From positions 1-60,383 of the forward strand of contig DATEIQ010000079.1 of NCBI GenBank assembly GCA_035278845.1: a stretch of DNA of 60,383 nucleotides, read 5' to 3'. The translations under genes were made by a program, and so were the position numbers. Origin of the DNA: Casimicrobiaceae bacterium (GTDB lineage Bacteria; Pseudomonadota; Gammaproteobacteria; Burkholderiales; Casimicrobiaceae). This document shows, piece by piece, positions 31,937 to 42,218 of the stretch (positions within the stretch are counted from its first letter, which is position 1; each line of letters opens with the position of its first letter). The notes under the pieces are model-generated. The model had not been told where the DNA came from and did no database searches. It worked only from the letters and a program-made list of their open reading frames with translations.

Positions 31937-34900
31937 ATGGCACAACCGGGCTACCCGCGACATCCGGCGATTCGGGACGACACGATCGTTTTCATCTGTG
32001 ACGATGATCTTTGGCGTGTCGACGCGCAGGGCGGCATCGCGCGCCGCCTGACGGCGGGTCTCGGCGAACCGTCGACGCCGGCGCTTTCGCGCGACGGCAA
32101 GTGGATCGCGTTCGTGGGCCGCGACGAACAGCATCCCGAGGTGTACCTGATGTCGGCGACGGGCGGGCTCGCACGTCGCATGACGTGGCTCGGTCCCGAC
32201 GTGATGGTGCGCGGCTTCACGCCCGACGGCCGCATTCTGTTCGTCACGACCTACGGCCAACCGTTCTTCCGCAATTACCGCGCGTTCACGCTGCCGGTCG
32301 AAGGCGGGATGCCCGAGTTGCTGCCATTCGGCCAGGTCAACCATCTGGCGTTCGGTCCCGGCGATGCGAAGGTCATCGGCCGCAACACCGCCGACCCCGC
32401 GCGCTGGAAGCGCTATCGCGGCGGCACGGCAGGGCATCTGTGGATCGACGTCGAAGGTCGTGGCCAGTTTCGGCGCATGGCCGAGCTCGCCGGCAACATC
32501 ACGAGCCCGATGTGGATCGGCGAGCGCATCTATTACCTGTCCGATGCCGAAGGCGTCGGGAATCTCTATTCATGCCGACCCGACGGCTCCGATCAACGCC
32601 GGCACACCGACCACGACGATTTCTACGCGCGGCATGCGCAAACCGACGGACGCCGCGTCGTCTATCAATGCGGCGCCGACGTCTGGTTGTTCGATCCGAA
32701 TGGCGATGCGACGGCGCGCGTCGCGATCGACGTGCCCTCGCACCGCACCCAGGCGGCGCGCAAGTTCGTGGACGCCGCCGAAAATCTCGCCGGCTTCGAA
32801 CTGCATCCCGCCGGCCACAGCCTCGCGATCGAGACGCGCGGCAAGCTGTTCACGTTTGCGCTGTGGGAAGGCGCGGTGCGACAGTACGGCGTCGCCGATG
32901 GCGTCCGCTATCGACACGGCCAGTGGCTCGCCGACGGCGAAACGCTGGTGGCGGTCAGCGACGAGATGCGCGACGAGCGGCTCGTCGTGATCCGTAACGG
33001 CGACGCGCGCGTGCTCTCGCACGACATCGGCCGCGTGGTCGCGATGCGGGCGGCGCCCTCCGGCTCTCGCGTGGCACTCACCAATCATCGTCACGAAGTG
33101 TTGCTGATCGACATCGACGCCGATACCTGCAAGGTGATCGACCACAGCGAATGCGGGCGCTCCGAAAGCCTCGCCTGGTCGCCCGACGGTGCATGGCTCG
33201 CGTATCCGTTCTGGACGAGCCCGCGACATTCGGCGATCAAGCTGCACAGCGTCGCGAGTGGCGAAAGCCGCCTCGTCACGACGCCGGAATTCCGCGACTA
33301 CAGTCCGGCGTTCGACCCGACCGGCAAGTATCTGTACTTCCTGTCGCTGCGCACGTTCGATCCGGTTTACGACAACGTGCAGTTCGAGCTGTCGTTCCCG
33401 CGCGCCGCGCGCCCGTACCTGATCGCGCTACAGGCCGATCAGCGGCCTCCGTTCGAGCCGGAGCCCAAAGGGATGAAGCCCGACGAGCCGCGTGCGCGCG
33501 ACAAGGCGCCCGACGCGGCGATCAACGTACGCGTGGACCTCGACGGCATCGAGCGGCGCGTCGCCGCGTTCCCGGTTCCCGAAGGCCGCTTCGAGCAGAT
33601 CGCCGGCGTCGCCGGCGACAAGGTCGTCTGGTCGCTGATGCCCGTGGCAGGCGCGCATGGCCGTGGCGGCCACAAGGACGTTCCGGGGCGGCTCGAGGTA
33701 TTCGACTTCAGCACGCGCAGGACCGAGATGCTGGTCGACAAGCTGGACCGCTTCGTCGTCGCCTATGATCATGCGACGCTCGTGCTGCGGCACGGCAAGC
33801 GGATGCGCGCGATTCGCGCCGACCGCATTCCCGACCCGCGCGAGCGCGCGCAATCGTTCGGCGACGAGCCGTCGCGCAGGAGCGGCTGGATCGACCTCGG
33901 GCGAGTGCGCATATCCGTCGATCCCCGCCGCGAGTGGCGGCAGATGCTGCGCGAGGTGTGGCGGCTGCAGCGCGACCAGTTCTGGGTGCCCGACATGTCG
34001 GGCATCGACTGGGAGGACGTCTTCGCGCGCTACGAGCCGCTGCTCGATCGCATCGCCACGCGCAGCGAATTGTCGGACCTGATCTGGGAGATGCAGGGTG
34101 AGCTCGGCACGTCGCATGCATACGAAGCGGGCGGCGACTATCGGCGGCCGCCGCCGGTCACGCTCGGCCATCTCGCCGCTGAACTGGCGCTCGCCGGCGA
34201 TGGTTCAAGCTTTGCGATCGAGCGGATCGTTCGCGGCGATCCGTGGGATGCGAGCGCCGATTCGCCGCTGAACGCAGTTGGCGTACAGGCGAAGACGGGC
34301 GAGCGCATCGTCGCCGTCAACGGCCAGCCCGTGTCGCAGGATCGCCCGCCGCAGGCGCTGCTCGTGCACCAGGCCAATGCGAAGGTCGAGCTGACGCTTG
34401 CGCCCGCGAACGGCGGCGCCGATGGCACGAAGCGCAACGTCGTCGTCACCACGCTCGCCGACGAAGTGCCGGCACGGTATCGCGAGTGGGTGGAGAGCAA
34501 CCGGGCGTGGGTGCACGACAAGTCGAACGGCCGCGTCGGCTATCTGCACCTGCCGGACATGATGTCCGCGGGCTTCGCCGAATTTCATCGCTATTTCGGA
34601 ACCGAGTGCGATCGCGACGCGCTGATCGTCGACGTCCGCTACAACCGCGGCGGTCACGTGTCGCAGCTCTTGCTGGAGAAAGTCGCGCGTCGCCGCCTGG
34701 GCTACGACCTGACGCGGTGGGGACAGCCCGAGCCGTATCCGGTCGAATCGCCGGCAGGACCCGTGGTCGCGCTCACCAACGAGCACGCGGGCTCGGACGG
34801 CGACATCTTTTCGCACTGCTTCAAGCTGATGCAGATTGGCAAGCTGGTCGGTACGCGGACGTGGGGCGGCGTCATCGGCATCAATCCGCGGCACAAGCTC

Positions 34901-35164
34901 GTCGACGGCAGCGAGACGACGCAGCCCGAGTATTCGTTCTGGTTCACCGATGTCGGATTCGCCGTCGAGAACTACGGCACCGACCCGGAAATCGAGGTCG
35001 ACAACGCGCCGCAGGACGCTACTGCGGGGCGCGATCGGCAACTCGAGACGGCGCTCGCCACTGCGATGGAGCTTGCAAGTGCCGCGGAGTCGACCAAGCC
35101 CGAGTTCGGCGACAGGCCCGTGTTGCGCCGAGCGGCGCTGCCGCCGCGCAAGGCGATCAAGTAG
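31937..35164 (+). CDS. Tricorn protease (S41 family)
   Basis: GYPRHPAI..DDLW, WKRYRGGTAG, ELGTSHAY, PDZ region, DVRYNRGG, catalytic GSDGD, GTRTWGG; no signal peptide. Confidence 0.93.
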   Translation: MAQPGYPRHPAIRDDTIVFICDDDLWRVDAQGGIARRLTAGLGEPSTPALSRDGKWIAFVGRDEQHPEVYLMSATGGLARRMTWLGPDVMVRGFTPDGRILFVTTYGQPFFRNYRAFTLPVEGGMPELLPFGQVNHLAFGPGDAKVIGRNTADPARWKRYRGGTAGHLWIDVEGRGQFRRMAELAGNITSPMWIGERIYYLSDAEGVGNLYSCRPDGSDQRRHTDHDDFYARHAQTDGRRVVYQCGADVWLFDPNGDATARVAIDVPSHRTQAARKFVDAAENLAGFELHPAGHSLAIETRGKLFTFALWEGAVRQYGVADGVRYRHGQWLADGETLVAVSDEMRDERLVVIRNGDARVLSHDIGRVVAMRAAPSGSRVALTNHRHEVLLIDIDADTCKVIDHSECGRSESLAWSPDGAWLAYPFWTSPRHSAIKLHSVASGESRLVTTPEFRDYSPAFDPTGKYLYFLSLRTFDPVYDNVQFELSFPRAARPYLIALQADQRPPFEPEPKGMKPDEPRARDKAPDAAINVRVDLDGIERRVAAFPVPEGRFEQIAGVAGDKVVWSLMPVAGAHGRGGHKDVPGRLEVFDFSTRRTEMLVDKLDRFVVAYDHATLVLRHGKRMRAIRADRIPDPRERAQSFGDEPSRRSGWIDLGRVRISVDPRREWRQMLREVWRLQRDQFWVPDMSGIDWEDVFARYEPLLDRIATRSELSDLIWEMQGELGTSHAYEAGGDYRRPPPVTLGHLAAELALAGDGSSFAIERIVRGDPWDASADSPLNAVGVQAKTGERIVAVNGQPVSQDRPPQALLVHQANAKVELTLAPANGGADGTKRNVVVTTLADEVPARYREWVESNRAWVHDKSNGRVGYLHLPDMMSAGFAEFHRYFGTECDRDALIVDVRYNRGGHVSQLLLEKVARRRLGYDLTRWGQPEPYPVESPAGPVVALTNEHAGSDGDIFSHCFKLMQIGKLVGTRTWGGVIGINPRHKLVDGSETTQPEYSFWFTDVGFAVENYGTDPEIEVDNAPQDATAGRDRQLETALATAMELASAAESTKPEFGDRPVLRRAALPPRKAIK

Positions 35165-35212
35165 CCGCAGTTGACGGTTGCGGCAACGGGCGGTGCGTGC
35201 CAACCTCCGGCC

Positions 35213-36544
35213 ATGGGCACGCTTCGTCTGCTCTGGATCGGCGTCCTGGCGCTCGCTTGCGTCAACGCGTACGCGCAGCCTGCCCCGGTCGTCGCGTTGA
35301 ATGTTGCCGGTGTCGTCAGCCCGGCGAGCGCCGAATATATCGAACGCGGACTGGCGCGCGCCCAGCGCGAGAAGGCGCAGCTCGTCGTGCTGACGCTCGA
35401 TACGCCGGGCGGCCTCGACACGTCGATGCGCAAGATCGTGCAGGATGTGCTCGCGTCGCCCATCCCGGTCGTCACGTATGTCGCGCCGTCGGGCGCGCGC
35501 GCGGCCAGCGCCGGAACGTTCATCCTCTATGCGAGCCATATCGCCGCGATGGCGCCCGGTACGAACGTCGGCGCCGCGTCGCCCGTGTCGATCGGCCTGA
35601 CGCCGCCGGCTCCATCCGGCGCCAAGGATGATAAGGACGACAAGAAGCGCGCACCGGACACGCACGAGCGCAAGGCGATGCAGGACGCGGCCGCGTACAT
35701 TCGCAGCCTCGCGCAGTTGCGCGGCCGCAATGTCGAATGGGCGGAGAAGGCGGTCACCGAAGCCGCGAGCCTGTCGGCGGAGGAAGCGAAGCGCCAGAAG
35801 GTGATCGACGTCGTGGCGACCGATGTCAACGATCTGCGCGGGCAGATCGATGGTCGCCGCATTACCGTCGCCGGCGGCGAGCGCACGCTGCAGCTCGCAG
35901 GTGCGCCGACGATCGCCTTCGAGCCGGACTGGCATTTCCGCGTGCTGGCCATCATCACGGATCCGAGCGTCGCGATGATCCTGATGCTGCTCGGCGTCTA
36001 TGGACTGTTGTTCGAGCTCGGCAACCCGGGTCTCGTCTTTCCGGGCGTCATGGGGGCCGTGTCGCTGCTGCTCGGCCTCTATGCGCTGCACCTGCTGCCG
36101 GTGAACTACGCGGGGCTCGCGTTGATGGGATTGGGGCTCGCGTTCATGATCGCCGAGATGTTCGTACCCGCGTACGGGTCGCTCGGCATCGGCGGTATCG
36201 TGGCGTTCGTCGTGGGCGCGATGATGCTGATCGACACCGATCTGCCGGGCTTCACCATCCCTTGGACGCTCATCGCGTCACTCGCGATCGCCAGCGCCTT
36301 GTTCGTGTTCGTCGTCGTGCGGATGGCGATTCGGGCGCGGCAGCGGCCGATCGTCAGCGGCGTGACGTCGCTCGTGGGTGCCGACGGCGAGATGATCGAC
36401 GATGCGACAGACACCGGATGGGCCACCATCCGAGGCGAGACGTGGCAGGTCAGGACCGACGGTCGCGTGGCGCGCGGGCAGAAGGTGCGCGTCGTGGCCG
36501 TCGACGGTGTGCTGCCGCGAGTGGCGCCGGCGGGTGACGCGTGA
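35213..36544 (+). CDS. nfeD: Long-form NfeD (ClpP-like membrane-bound serine protease)
   Basis: LDTPGG, ARAASAG, MAPGTNVGAA, TM bundle, C-terminal GETW OB-fold. Confidence 0.92.
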   Translation: MGTLRLLWIGVLALACVNAYAQPAPVVALNVAGVVSPASAEYIERGLARAQREKAQLVVLTLDTPGGLDTSMRKIVQDVLASPIPVVTYVAPSGARAASAGTFILYASHIAAMAPGTNVGAASPVSIGLTPPAPSGAKDDKDDKKRAPDTHERKAMQDAAAYIRSLAQLRGRNVEWAEKAVTEAASLSAEEAKRQKVIDVVATDVNDLRGQIDGRRITVAGGERTLQLAGAPTIAFEPDWHFRVLAIITDPSVAMILMLLGVYGLLFELGNPGLVFPGVMGAVSLLLGLYALHLLPVNYAGLALMGLGLAFMIAEMFVPAYGSLGIGGIVAFVVGAMMLIDTDLPGFTIPWTLIASLAIASALFVFVVVRMAIRARQRPIVSGVTSLVGADGEMIDDATDTGWATIRGETWQVRTDGRVARGQKVRVVAVDGVLPRVAPAGDA

Positions 36545-36614
36545 CGTCACGAGTCGCGAACCGCTTCTTCGCGGAGGGTAGGCGAGTGAAGACGATTTTC
36601 GGAGGAGCACCGCG

Positions 36615-37388
36615 ATGACGCTGATCGGCCCCGGCTTGCTGCTGTTCCTGGTGATCGTGCTGGCGGTGTCGTCGCTGCGGGTGTTGCGCGAGTACCAGCG
36701 CGGCGTCGTGTTCCAGCTCGGGCGGTTCTGGAAGGTGAAGGGTCCCGGCCTCGTGATCCTGATTCCCGGCATCCAGCAGATGGTGCGCGTCGAGCTTCGC
36801 ACCGTCGTGCTCGACGTGCCGAGCCAGGACGTGATTTCGCGCGACAACGTGTCGGTAAAGGTGAACGCCGTCGTCTACTTCCGCGTCGTCGATCCGCAGA
36901 AGGCGATCATCGAGGTCGAGAACTTCATGATGGCGACGTCGCAGCTCGCGCAGACGACGCTGCGCTCGGTGCTCGGCAAGCACGACCTCGACGAAATGCT
37001 GTCGCAGCGCGAGAAGCTCAACCTCGACATCCAGCAGACGCTCGATGCGCAGACGCTGTCGTGGGGCATCAAGGTGGCGAACGTCGAGATGAAGCATGTC
37101 GACCTGAACGAGACGATGATCCGCGCGATCGCGCGCCAGGCCGAGGCCGAGCGCGAGCGGCGCGCGAAGGTCATTCACGCCGAGGGCGAGATGCAGGCCG
37201 CGCAGAAGCTTTTCGAGGCGGCGCAGGTGCTGTCGCAGGCACCGCTCGCCATCCAATTGCGCTATCTCGAGACGCTGACGGTGATCGCCGCCGACAAGAA
37301 CTCGACGATCGTTTTCCCCCTGCCGATGGATATCGTGCAGCCGCTGCTCGATGCGCTGCCGAAGCGGACTTCGGGGTCAGAGCAATAA
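36615..37388 (+). CDS. SPFH/stomatin (slipin) family protein
   Basis: [44 protein letters not shown]; GGAGGAG RBS; ends TSGSEQ inside the repeat. Confidence 0.95.
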   Translation: MTLIGPGLLLFLVIVLAVSSLRVLREYQRGVVFQLGRFWKVKGPGLVILIPGIQQMVRVELRTVVLDVPSQDVISRDNVSVKVNAVVYFRVVDPQKAIIEVENFMMATSQLAQTTLRSVLGKHDLDEMLSQREKLNLDIQQTLDAQTLSWGIKVANVEMKHVDLNETMIRAIARQAEAERERRAKVIHAEGEMQAAQKLFEAAQVLSQAPLAIQLRYLETLTVIAADKNSTIVFPLPMDIVQPLLDALPKRTSGSEQ

Positions 37389-37416
37389 GTCGACTTGTTG
37401 CTCTGACCCCGAAGTC
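37367..37416. repeat. Abutting inverted doublet of the 25-nt repeat
   Basis: Arms 37367-37391 and 37392-37416; contains the SPFH stop and overlaps the pirin stop. Confidence 0.95.
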
Positions 37417-38275
37417 ACAGGCGGCCGAAGCGCCCCTGCTGCAGATCGCTGATCGCCGTCATGATCTCGTCGCGCGTGTTCATGACGAACGGGCCGTAGC
37501 CTGCGATCGGCTCGTCGATCGGCTCGCCGGTCAACACGAGGAATGTCGCGTCGGCGCTGGCCTCGAGCCGGACTTCGCTGCCGCCGCGATCGAACTGCAC
37601 GACCTGCGCCGCGCGCACGTCGTGGGTATCGTTGACGCGCAGCGCGCCGCGGAACAGCGCGATCATCGCCGTGTGACCCTCGGGCAGCACGAACGTCGCG
37701 CCCTTGCCCGCAGTCAGTGCCACGTCCCAGACGTTGATGTCGGTGAAGGTCGACGCGGGTCCTCTCCGGTCGCCATAGTGCCCGGCGATGACGCGCACGC
37801 GGCCCGCGCCATCGGGCAATTCCGCGACCGGAATGTCGGCCGCGACGATCGGCTGATAGCGCGGCGCCGACATCTTGTCCTTCGCCGGCAGGTTCACCCA
37901 AAGCTGCGCCATCTCCAGCGTGCCGCCGCGGCGCGTGAATTCGCGCGAATGGAATTCCTCGTGCATGAGGCCGGAGGCCGCCGTCATCCACTGCACGTCG
38001 CCAGGACCGATGGTGCCGCCGTTGCCCGCAGTGTCGCGATGCTCGACCTCGCCCTGGTAGACGATCGTCACCGTTTCGAAGCCGCGATGCGGATGCTCGC
38101 CGACACCGCGCGGCTTCGCGGCCGGCTCGAATTCGGCCGGACCCGCATGGTCGAGCAGCAGGAACGGACTCAACAACGCGCCGCCCGCCTGATACGAAAA
38201 GAGGCTGCGCACCGGAAACCCGTCGCCTACCCAGTGCTGTTCGGGACTTTGGTGAATCGCCGTCACCCGCTTCAT
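37415..38275 (-). CDS. Pirin family protein
   Basis: HWVGDGFPVR, PFLLLDH, HPHRGFETVT, WMTAASG..HEE, GPFVMNT. Confidence 0.95.
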   Translation of the reverse strand: MKRVTAIHQSPEQHWVGDGFPVRSLFSYQAGGALLSPFLLLDHAGPAEFEPAAKPRGVGEHPHRGFETVTIVYQGEVEHRDTAGNGGTIGPGDVQWMTAASGLMHEEFHSREFTRRGGTLEMAQLWVNLPAKDKMSAPRYQPIVAADIPVAELPDGAGRVRVIAGHYGDRRGPASTFTDINVWDVALTAGKGATFVLPEGHTAMIALFRGALRVNDTHDVRAAQVVQFDRGGSEVRLEASADATFLVLTGEPIDEPIAGYGPFVMNTRDEIMTAISDLQQGRFGRL

Positions 38276-38322
38276 CGCCTGACTCTCCCTCGATCGATCG
38301 AATCGAGATCGGGGCGGCGAGC

Positions 38323-39633
38323 CTATTTCGCAAGCGGGGCATCGTCCTCGCCATCGCGAAAGAGCTGGTAGAGGAGGATGGCGCCGAACGTGGCCGTGCC
38401 GATGCCGCCCAGCGTGAACCCGCCGAGCTTCAGCGCCAGGTCACCGGCGCCGATCGTGAGCGTCACGGCCGCCGTCACCAGATTGCGCGGACGCGCGAAA
38501 TCGACCTGGTTCTGTACCCAGATCCTACCGCCGGTGGCGGTGATCAGGCCGAAGACGACGATCGACAAGCCGCCGAGCACGGCGCCCGGAATCGTCATGA
38601 TCAGTGCGCCGAACTTCGGCGAGAACCCGAGCACGATCGCGACGCACGCCGCAACGACGAACAGCAGCGTCGAATAGGTCTTCGTGACCGCCATGACGCC
38701 GATGTTTTCGGCGTACGTCGTGACCCCGGTGCCGCCGCCGGCGCCGGCGACGATCGTTGCGATGCCGTCACCGACGAACGCGCGGCCGAGATACGGGTCG
38801 AGGTCGCGTCCCGTCATCGCCGCCACCGCCTTGATGTGGCCGAGGTTCTCCGCGACGAGCACCACGGCCACCGGGGCAATCAGCGCGATCGCGTGGCCAT
38901 CCCATACAGGCGCGATGAACTTCGGCCAACCGATCCACGCCGCCGCCGCGACCGGCGAGAAGTCGATCGGCTTGCCGAGGCCGAGCACGTTCGTGCAGAT
39001 CGCGTACAGCAGGTACCCGGCGATGCCGCCCAGAAGCACGGGCAATCGTCGCGCGAGTCCCCGTGCGCGGACGGCGATCAGCCCGACCGCGACGATCGTC
39101 GCGATGCCGATCCACGTCTCGAGCGCGCTGGCCGAAATGCCCTTCACGGCGATCGGCGCGAGATTCAAACCGATCACGGCGACGACGCTGCCGGTCACCA
39201 CCGGCGGCATCAGGCGGTCGATGAAGCCGTAGCCGACGAGCATGACCGCGAGGCCGATCAGCGCATAGACGACGCCTGCAGCAATGATGCCCGAGAGTGC
39301 GACGCCGAGGTTCGCGTTCGGACCGCTGCCGGAATAACCGCTCGCCGCGATTACCACCGCGATGAATGCGAAGCTCGATCCGAGGTAGCTCGGCACGCGG
39401 CCGCCGACCAGCACGAAGAAGATCAACGTGCCAATGCCCGAAAACATGATCGCGACATTCGGGTCGAATCCCATCAAAAGCGGCGCGAGGACGGTGGCGC
39501 CGAACATCGCGACGACGTGCTGCAGTCCGAGCGCCAGCGTCGGACCCGCGGGCAACCGCTCGTCGGGCGCGATGACACCGTCGGTGCGCACCGTCCAGCG
39601 CGGGAAGTACGGAACTTCGGAAGCAGGCTTCAT
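38323..39633 (-). CDS. NCS2 nucleobase permease (RutG/UraA-like)
   Basis: QHVVAMFGATV, PSYLGSSFAF, AENLGH, TTYAENIGVM. Confidence 0.93.
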   Translation of the reverse strand: MKPASEVPYFPRWTVRTDGVIAPDERLPAGPTLALGLQHVVAMFGATVLAPLLMGFDPNVAIMFSGIGTLIFFVLVGGRVPSYLGSSFAFIAVVIAASGYSGSGPNANLGVALSGIIAAGVVYALIGLAVMLVGYGFIDRLMPPVVTGSVVAVIGLNLAPIAVKGISASALETWIGIATIVAVGLIAVRARGLARRLPVLLGGIAGYLLYAICTNVLGLGKPIDFSPVAAAAWIGWPKFIAPVWDGHAIALIAPVAVVLVAENLGHIKAVAAMTGRDLDPYLGRAFVGDGIATIVAGAGGGTGVTTYAENIGVMAVTKTYSTLLFVVAACVAIVLGFSPKFGALIMTIPGAVLGGLSIVVFGLITATGGRIWVQNQVDFARPRNLVTAAVTLTIGAGDLALKLGGFTLGGIGTATFGAILLYQLFRDGEDDAPLAK

Positions 39634-39823
39634 GGTTTTCGTCCACCGGGGCGGCAAACCGGACGATTGAACACCAGAACCGGCCGCGCTGTCTGCCCGG
39701 GGCCGGTTGTCGCTGTCACGGCAAATGGGTATCGTGAACAGGCACGCCCGGCCGCGGCGATCCCCGCGCCGGGCGGGCGTCCTAGAACCAGCCGTTTCGA
39801 TTCCACCGACTCTGGAGACAGCC

Positions 39824-40054
39824 ATGGCGAAGTCATCTTCATCGAGCGAAGGCGTCTACCGCGTCATCGACGTGGTCGGCAGCAGCGACACTTCCTGGGA
39901 GGACGCGGCACGCAATGCCGTCGAGACCGCGGGCAAGTCGCTGCGCGACCTGCGCATCGCCGAAGTGCAGAAGCTCGACGTCAAGATCGAGAACGGCAAG
40001 GTGCTCGCTTTCCGCGCGCGCCTGCAGTTGTCGTTCAAGTACGAGGCGGACTAG
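39824..40054 (+). CDS. Dodecin family protein
   Basis: VYRVIDVVGSS..SWEDAA..LRDLRIAEV..LSFKYE; GGAG RBS. Confidence 0.92.
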   Translation: MAKSSSSSEGVYRVIDVVGSSDTSWEDAARNAVETAGKSLRDLRIAEVQKLDVKIENGKVLAFRARLQLSFKYEAD

Positions 40055-40187
40055 CAGCACCACCTCGCGCGAGGGCTAAAGCCTCCGCGCGGGGCAGCCG
40101 GGCGACACCAGTCGTCGCCTGGCCAGGGGAGGCAAGCGGCAGGCCGGAGGCGGTGGGCGGCCGTACCGAATGCGGTACGATCACCCC

Positions 40188-41135
40188 ATGGATTTCGCCT
40201 TCGTTCTCGACCCGCTGCCGCTGCTGAAGGCGTACAAGGACACGAGCATCGCGATGATGCGCGCGGTGGGCGCGCGCGGGCATCGCGTGTACGCGATCGA
40301 GCAGCCGGCCATCTACTGGCGTGACGGCGCGACGCGCGCGCAGGCGCGCCTGCTCACGCTGCATGCCGACGACCACGATTGGTACGACGCCGGCGTGCCG
40401 GAGGACCGCGCGCTTCGGGACTTCGCGGCAGTGCTGATGCGCAAGGACCCCCCGTTCGACATGGAGTACGTCTACTCGACGTATCTGCTCGAAGCGGCCG
40501 AGCGCGAGGGCGCTCGGATCTTCAACCGGCCTCGGGCGATCCGCGATCACAACGAAAAGCTGGCGGTGGTGCCCTTTCGCGATTTCGTCCCGCCGACCCT
40601 CGTCACGCGCGAGGCGCGTCTCGTCAACGAATTCATCGACGAACACGGCGACGTCATCGTGAAGCCGCTCGACGGCATGGGCGGCGTCTCGGTGTTCCGC
40701 GTACGTCGGGATGATCCCAACCGCAACGTGATCGTGGAAACCGTGTCGCATCTCGGCGCACGCACCGTGATGGCGCAACGTTTCATTCCCGAGATTCGCG
40801 ACGGCGACAAGCGCATTCTGCTGATCGGCGGCGAAGTCGTGCCGTACTCGCTCGCGCGGATCCCGAAGCCCGGCGAAACGCGCGGCAACCTCGCGGCCGG
40901 CGGCATCGGTGTCGCGCGCGAGCTGTCGCCGCGGGATCGCGAAATCGCGCTCGCGCTCGCCAAGCCGCTCTGGGACGCAGGGCTGCTCGTCGTCGGCATC
41001 GACGTGATCGGCGCGTACCTGACCGAAGTGAACGTGACGAGCCCGACGTGCTTCGTCGAGATAACCGAGCAGTCGGGCTTCGACGTCGGCGCACTGTTCG
41101 CCGATGCGCTGCTGCGCGCGTGCGCGCCGGCATGA
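40188..41135 (+). CDS. gshB: Glutathione synthetase
   Basis: KDTS, MRKDPPFD, KPLDGMGG, RGNLAAGG, EVNVTSPT. Confidence 0.97.
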   Translation: MDFAFVLDPLPLLKAYKDTSIAMMRAVGARGHRVYAIEQPAIYWRDGATRAQARLLTLHADDHDWYDAGVPEDRALRDFAAVLMRKDPPFDMEYVYSTYLLEAAEREGARIFNRPRAIRDHNEKLAVVPFRDFVPPTLVTREARLVNEFIDEHGDVIVKPLDGMGGVSVFRVRRDDPNRNVIVETVSHLGARTVMAQRFIPEIRDGDKRILLIGGEVVPYSLARIPKPGETRGNLAAGGIGVARELSPRDREIALALAKPLWDAGLLVVGIDVIGAYLTEVNVTSPTCFVEITEQSGFDVGALFADALLRACAPA

Positions 41136-41554
41136 TCGGCATTCTGATCATGGCGCACGACCGGCTGGGCGACAGCCTCGCCGACGCGGTCACGCACGTC
41201 CTCGGCGCAAAGCCTCCGCAGTTCGACGTGTTTCCGGTAGCCGCCACCGACGATCCCATCGCGCTTCTGCCCAAAGCGCGCGAGGCAGTCGCGGCGCTCG
41301 ACACCGGCGACGGCGTCGCGATCCTTTCCGACATCTACGGCGCCACGCCGTGCAACCTCGCGGTCAAGCTCGCGAACGCGGGCCGCGTGGAGGTGCTGGC
41401 CGGCGTGAGCCTGCCGATGCTCGTGCGCGCCTTCACGTATCGCACCAAGGGCATGGAGACGTTCGTCAAGAAAGCGGTCTCCGGCGGCTGCGAGGGCGTG
41501 CTGCACGTCGACCCCGACCCGATCTATGCTGCAGCGCGAAGTCGAGATCGTTAA
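41132..41554 (+). CDS. PTS EIIA, mannose-type
   Basis: MIGILIMAH, DIYGATPCN, GVSLPML. Confidence 0.92.
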   Translation: MIGILIMAHDRLGDSLADAVTHVLGAKPPQFDVFPVAATDDPIALLPKAREAVAALDTGDGVAILSDIYGATPCNLAVKLANAGRVEVLAGVSLPMLVRAFTYRTKGMETFVKKAVSGGCEGVLHVDPDPIYAAARSRDR

Positions 41555-41795
41555 CAAGCTCGGCCTGCACGCGCGCGCATCGGCCAAGCTCACGCAGCTT
41601 GCGGCGAAGTTCGACAGCGACGTGCAGGTGACGCGCAACGGCCGCAAGGTCAACGCCAAGAGCATCATGGGCGTCATGATGCTTGCCGCGGGCAAGGGCT
41701 CGAAGATCACGCTCGAGACCGCCGGTCCCGACGAGGAAGAGGCGATGGAGGCCATCTGCCGCCTGATCCGCGACTGCTTCGGCGAAGGTCAGTGA
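41526..41795 (+). CDS. ptsH: HPr phosphocarrier
   Basis: NKLGLHARAS (His15), NAKSIMG (Ser46), GPDE. Confidence 0.95.
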   Translation: MLQREVEIVNKLGLHARASAKLTQLAAKFDSDVQVTRNGRKVNAKSIMGVMMLAAGKGSKITLETAGPDEEEAMEAICRLIRDCFGEGQ

Positions 41796-41917
41796 AACGG
41801 ATGGCGATGCGAATCTTCGCATGCTGAATCGACGGAACCAATGCGCCGCCGTCCGGCTCCATAGCAAGGCTCGCGCGCGGCGCATGCCGCCCGCACGCGG
41901 GCGTTCGGAGCCCCGGC

Positions 41918-42187
41918 ATGCAGACACGCGAAATCCCGATCACCAATCCCCTCGGACTGCATGCGCGTGCGTGCGCGCGCATCGTCCAGGTCGCATCCCG
42001 CTTCCGGTGCAAGGTGTCGCTGGCGAACGGCGTGCGCCGCGCGAGCGCGCACAGCATCGTGGCGGTGATGCTGCTCGCGGGGGCCGTCGGCACCACGATC
42101 ATCGTCGAGACCGACGGCCCGGACGAGATCGCGGCGATGGTCGCGATCGTGTCGCTCATCCGCGACGGCCTCGAGCGGCGTCAATAG
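41918..42187 (+). CDS. Second, divergent HPr-family protein
   Basis: NPLGLHARAC, SAHSIVAV, GPDE; GGAG RBS. Confidence 0.88.
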   Translation: MQTREIPITNPLGLHARACARIVQVASRFRCKVSLANGVRRASAHSIVAVMLLAGAVGTTIIVETDGPDEIAAMVAIVSLIRDGLERRQ

Positions 42188-42218
42188 CGAGCGCGCACAC
42201 GCGCGGGAGACCGCGCGC

